Of a stretch of DNA of 64,000 nt, positions 63,575 through 64,000 are shown one piece after another. Below the pieces are notes generated by a model. That model was not told the origin of the DNA and searched no databases. It was given only the letters and a program-made list of their open reading frames with translations. Each line of letters starts with the position of its first letter. The stretch's first letter is position 1. The DNA is taken from NCBI RefSeq assembly GCF_902459465.1, contig NC_047065.1, positions 19,034,001 through 19,098,000 of the forward strand. Reading direction: 5' to 3'. This DNA is from Asterias rubens. Its lineage: Eukaryota. The position numbers were made by a program, and so were the translations under genes.

Positions 63575-64000
63575 ATGAAAACGAATTTGTAAAACAGAGT
63601 TGTCAAGTCACCGTATACAAGCAGCTACCTGACTGTTTGCATTTTATGAATCTTCCGTGCTACAAGAAAGCAGAGTCCGTTGAATGTTCAAATACATGTG
63701 AGAAGATACTGAAGTGTGGTCACAAATGTCCAAACCGATGTGGCGATCCATGTCCAAGTAGCAACCCTAAGAAGACAGACACTTACTATGACTGGAATGA
63801 TGATGGCAACAGTTCATCTGAACAAGATGACCTCTATGTCAGAAAATGCCAACAGTTTGTGAACAAAAAGATACCTTCTTGCGGTCACGTCATAGAAAGT
63901 CCATGCTATAAAAGCGTTGAATCACTGGTATGCCCAAAGCCCTGTGAGAAGATTCTTCCATGTGGTCATCAATGCGAAAACAAATGTGGGGAGCCGTGCC
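62786..64000 (+). repeat. Coding tandem repeat, at least 2.6 x 468 bp
   Basis: Unit starts at 62786, 63254, 63721 (second unit 467 bp, confirming the 1-bp loss). Third unit truncated by the window end. Confidence 0.95.

Larger units (their letters stand above)
50402..64000 (+). repeat. Segmental tandem unit C (partial, runs off window)
   Basis: Colinear with A and B from the gcaccacgcacag anchor. Lacks both large insertions in the visible part. Confidence 0.9.

Overview
AT-rich animal genomic DNA (spliceosomal introns, MITEs, SINEs; probably a marine invertebrate, taxon not provable from sequence). The window is a head-to-tail array of a ~17.5-18 kb unit. Copies start near 1707, 25046 and 50402, and each carries a ZNFX1-family gene on the + strand (Upf1-like SF1 RNA helicase + NF-X1-type Cys/His zinc-finger array + C-terminal RING-like/RZ-like fingers). 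The gene is built from a short N-terminal coding exon and one giant exon. The paralogs differ mainly in copy number of an in-frame 468-bp (156-aa) zinc-finger cassette (1 in A, 6 in B, at least 2.6 in C) and in mosaic, variable finger loops. Copy A is intact (~2224 aa). Copy B is cut by a 62-bp retro-insertion with a target-site duplication that could be spliced out as a new intron. Copy C has a 1-bp frameshift inside the cassette array. Unit-specific insertions are a 5.76-kb ISL2EU/PHIS-type DNA transposon (intact THAP-HTH-DDE transposase) next to the putative promoter of A and a 5.1-kb foldback-like element with minisatellite arms in unit B. A 2.87-kb tandem duplication, many TTAA MITEs and tRNA-derived SINE heads are also present. 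No prokaryotic features, rRNA or CRISPR seen. All alignments were by eye; no database searches were run.
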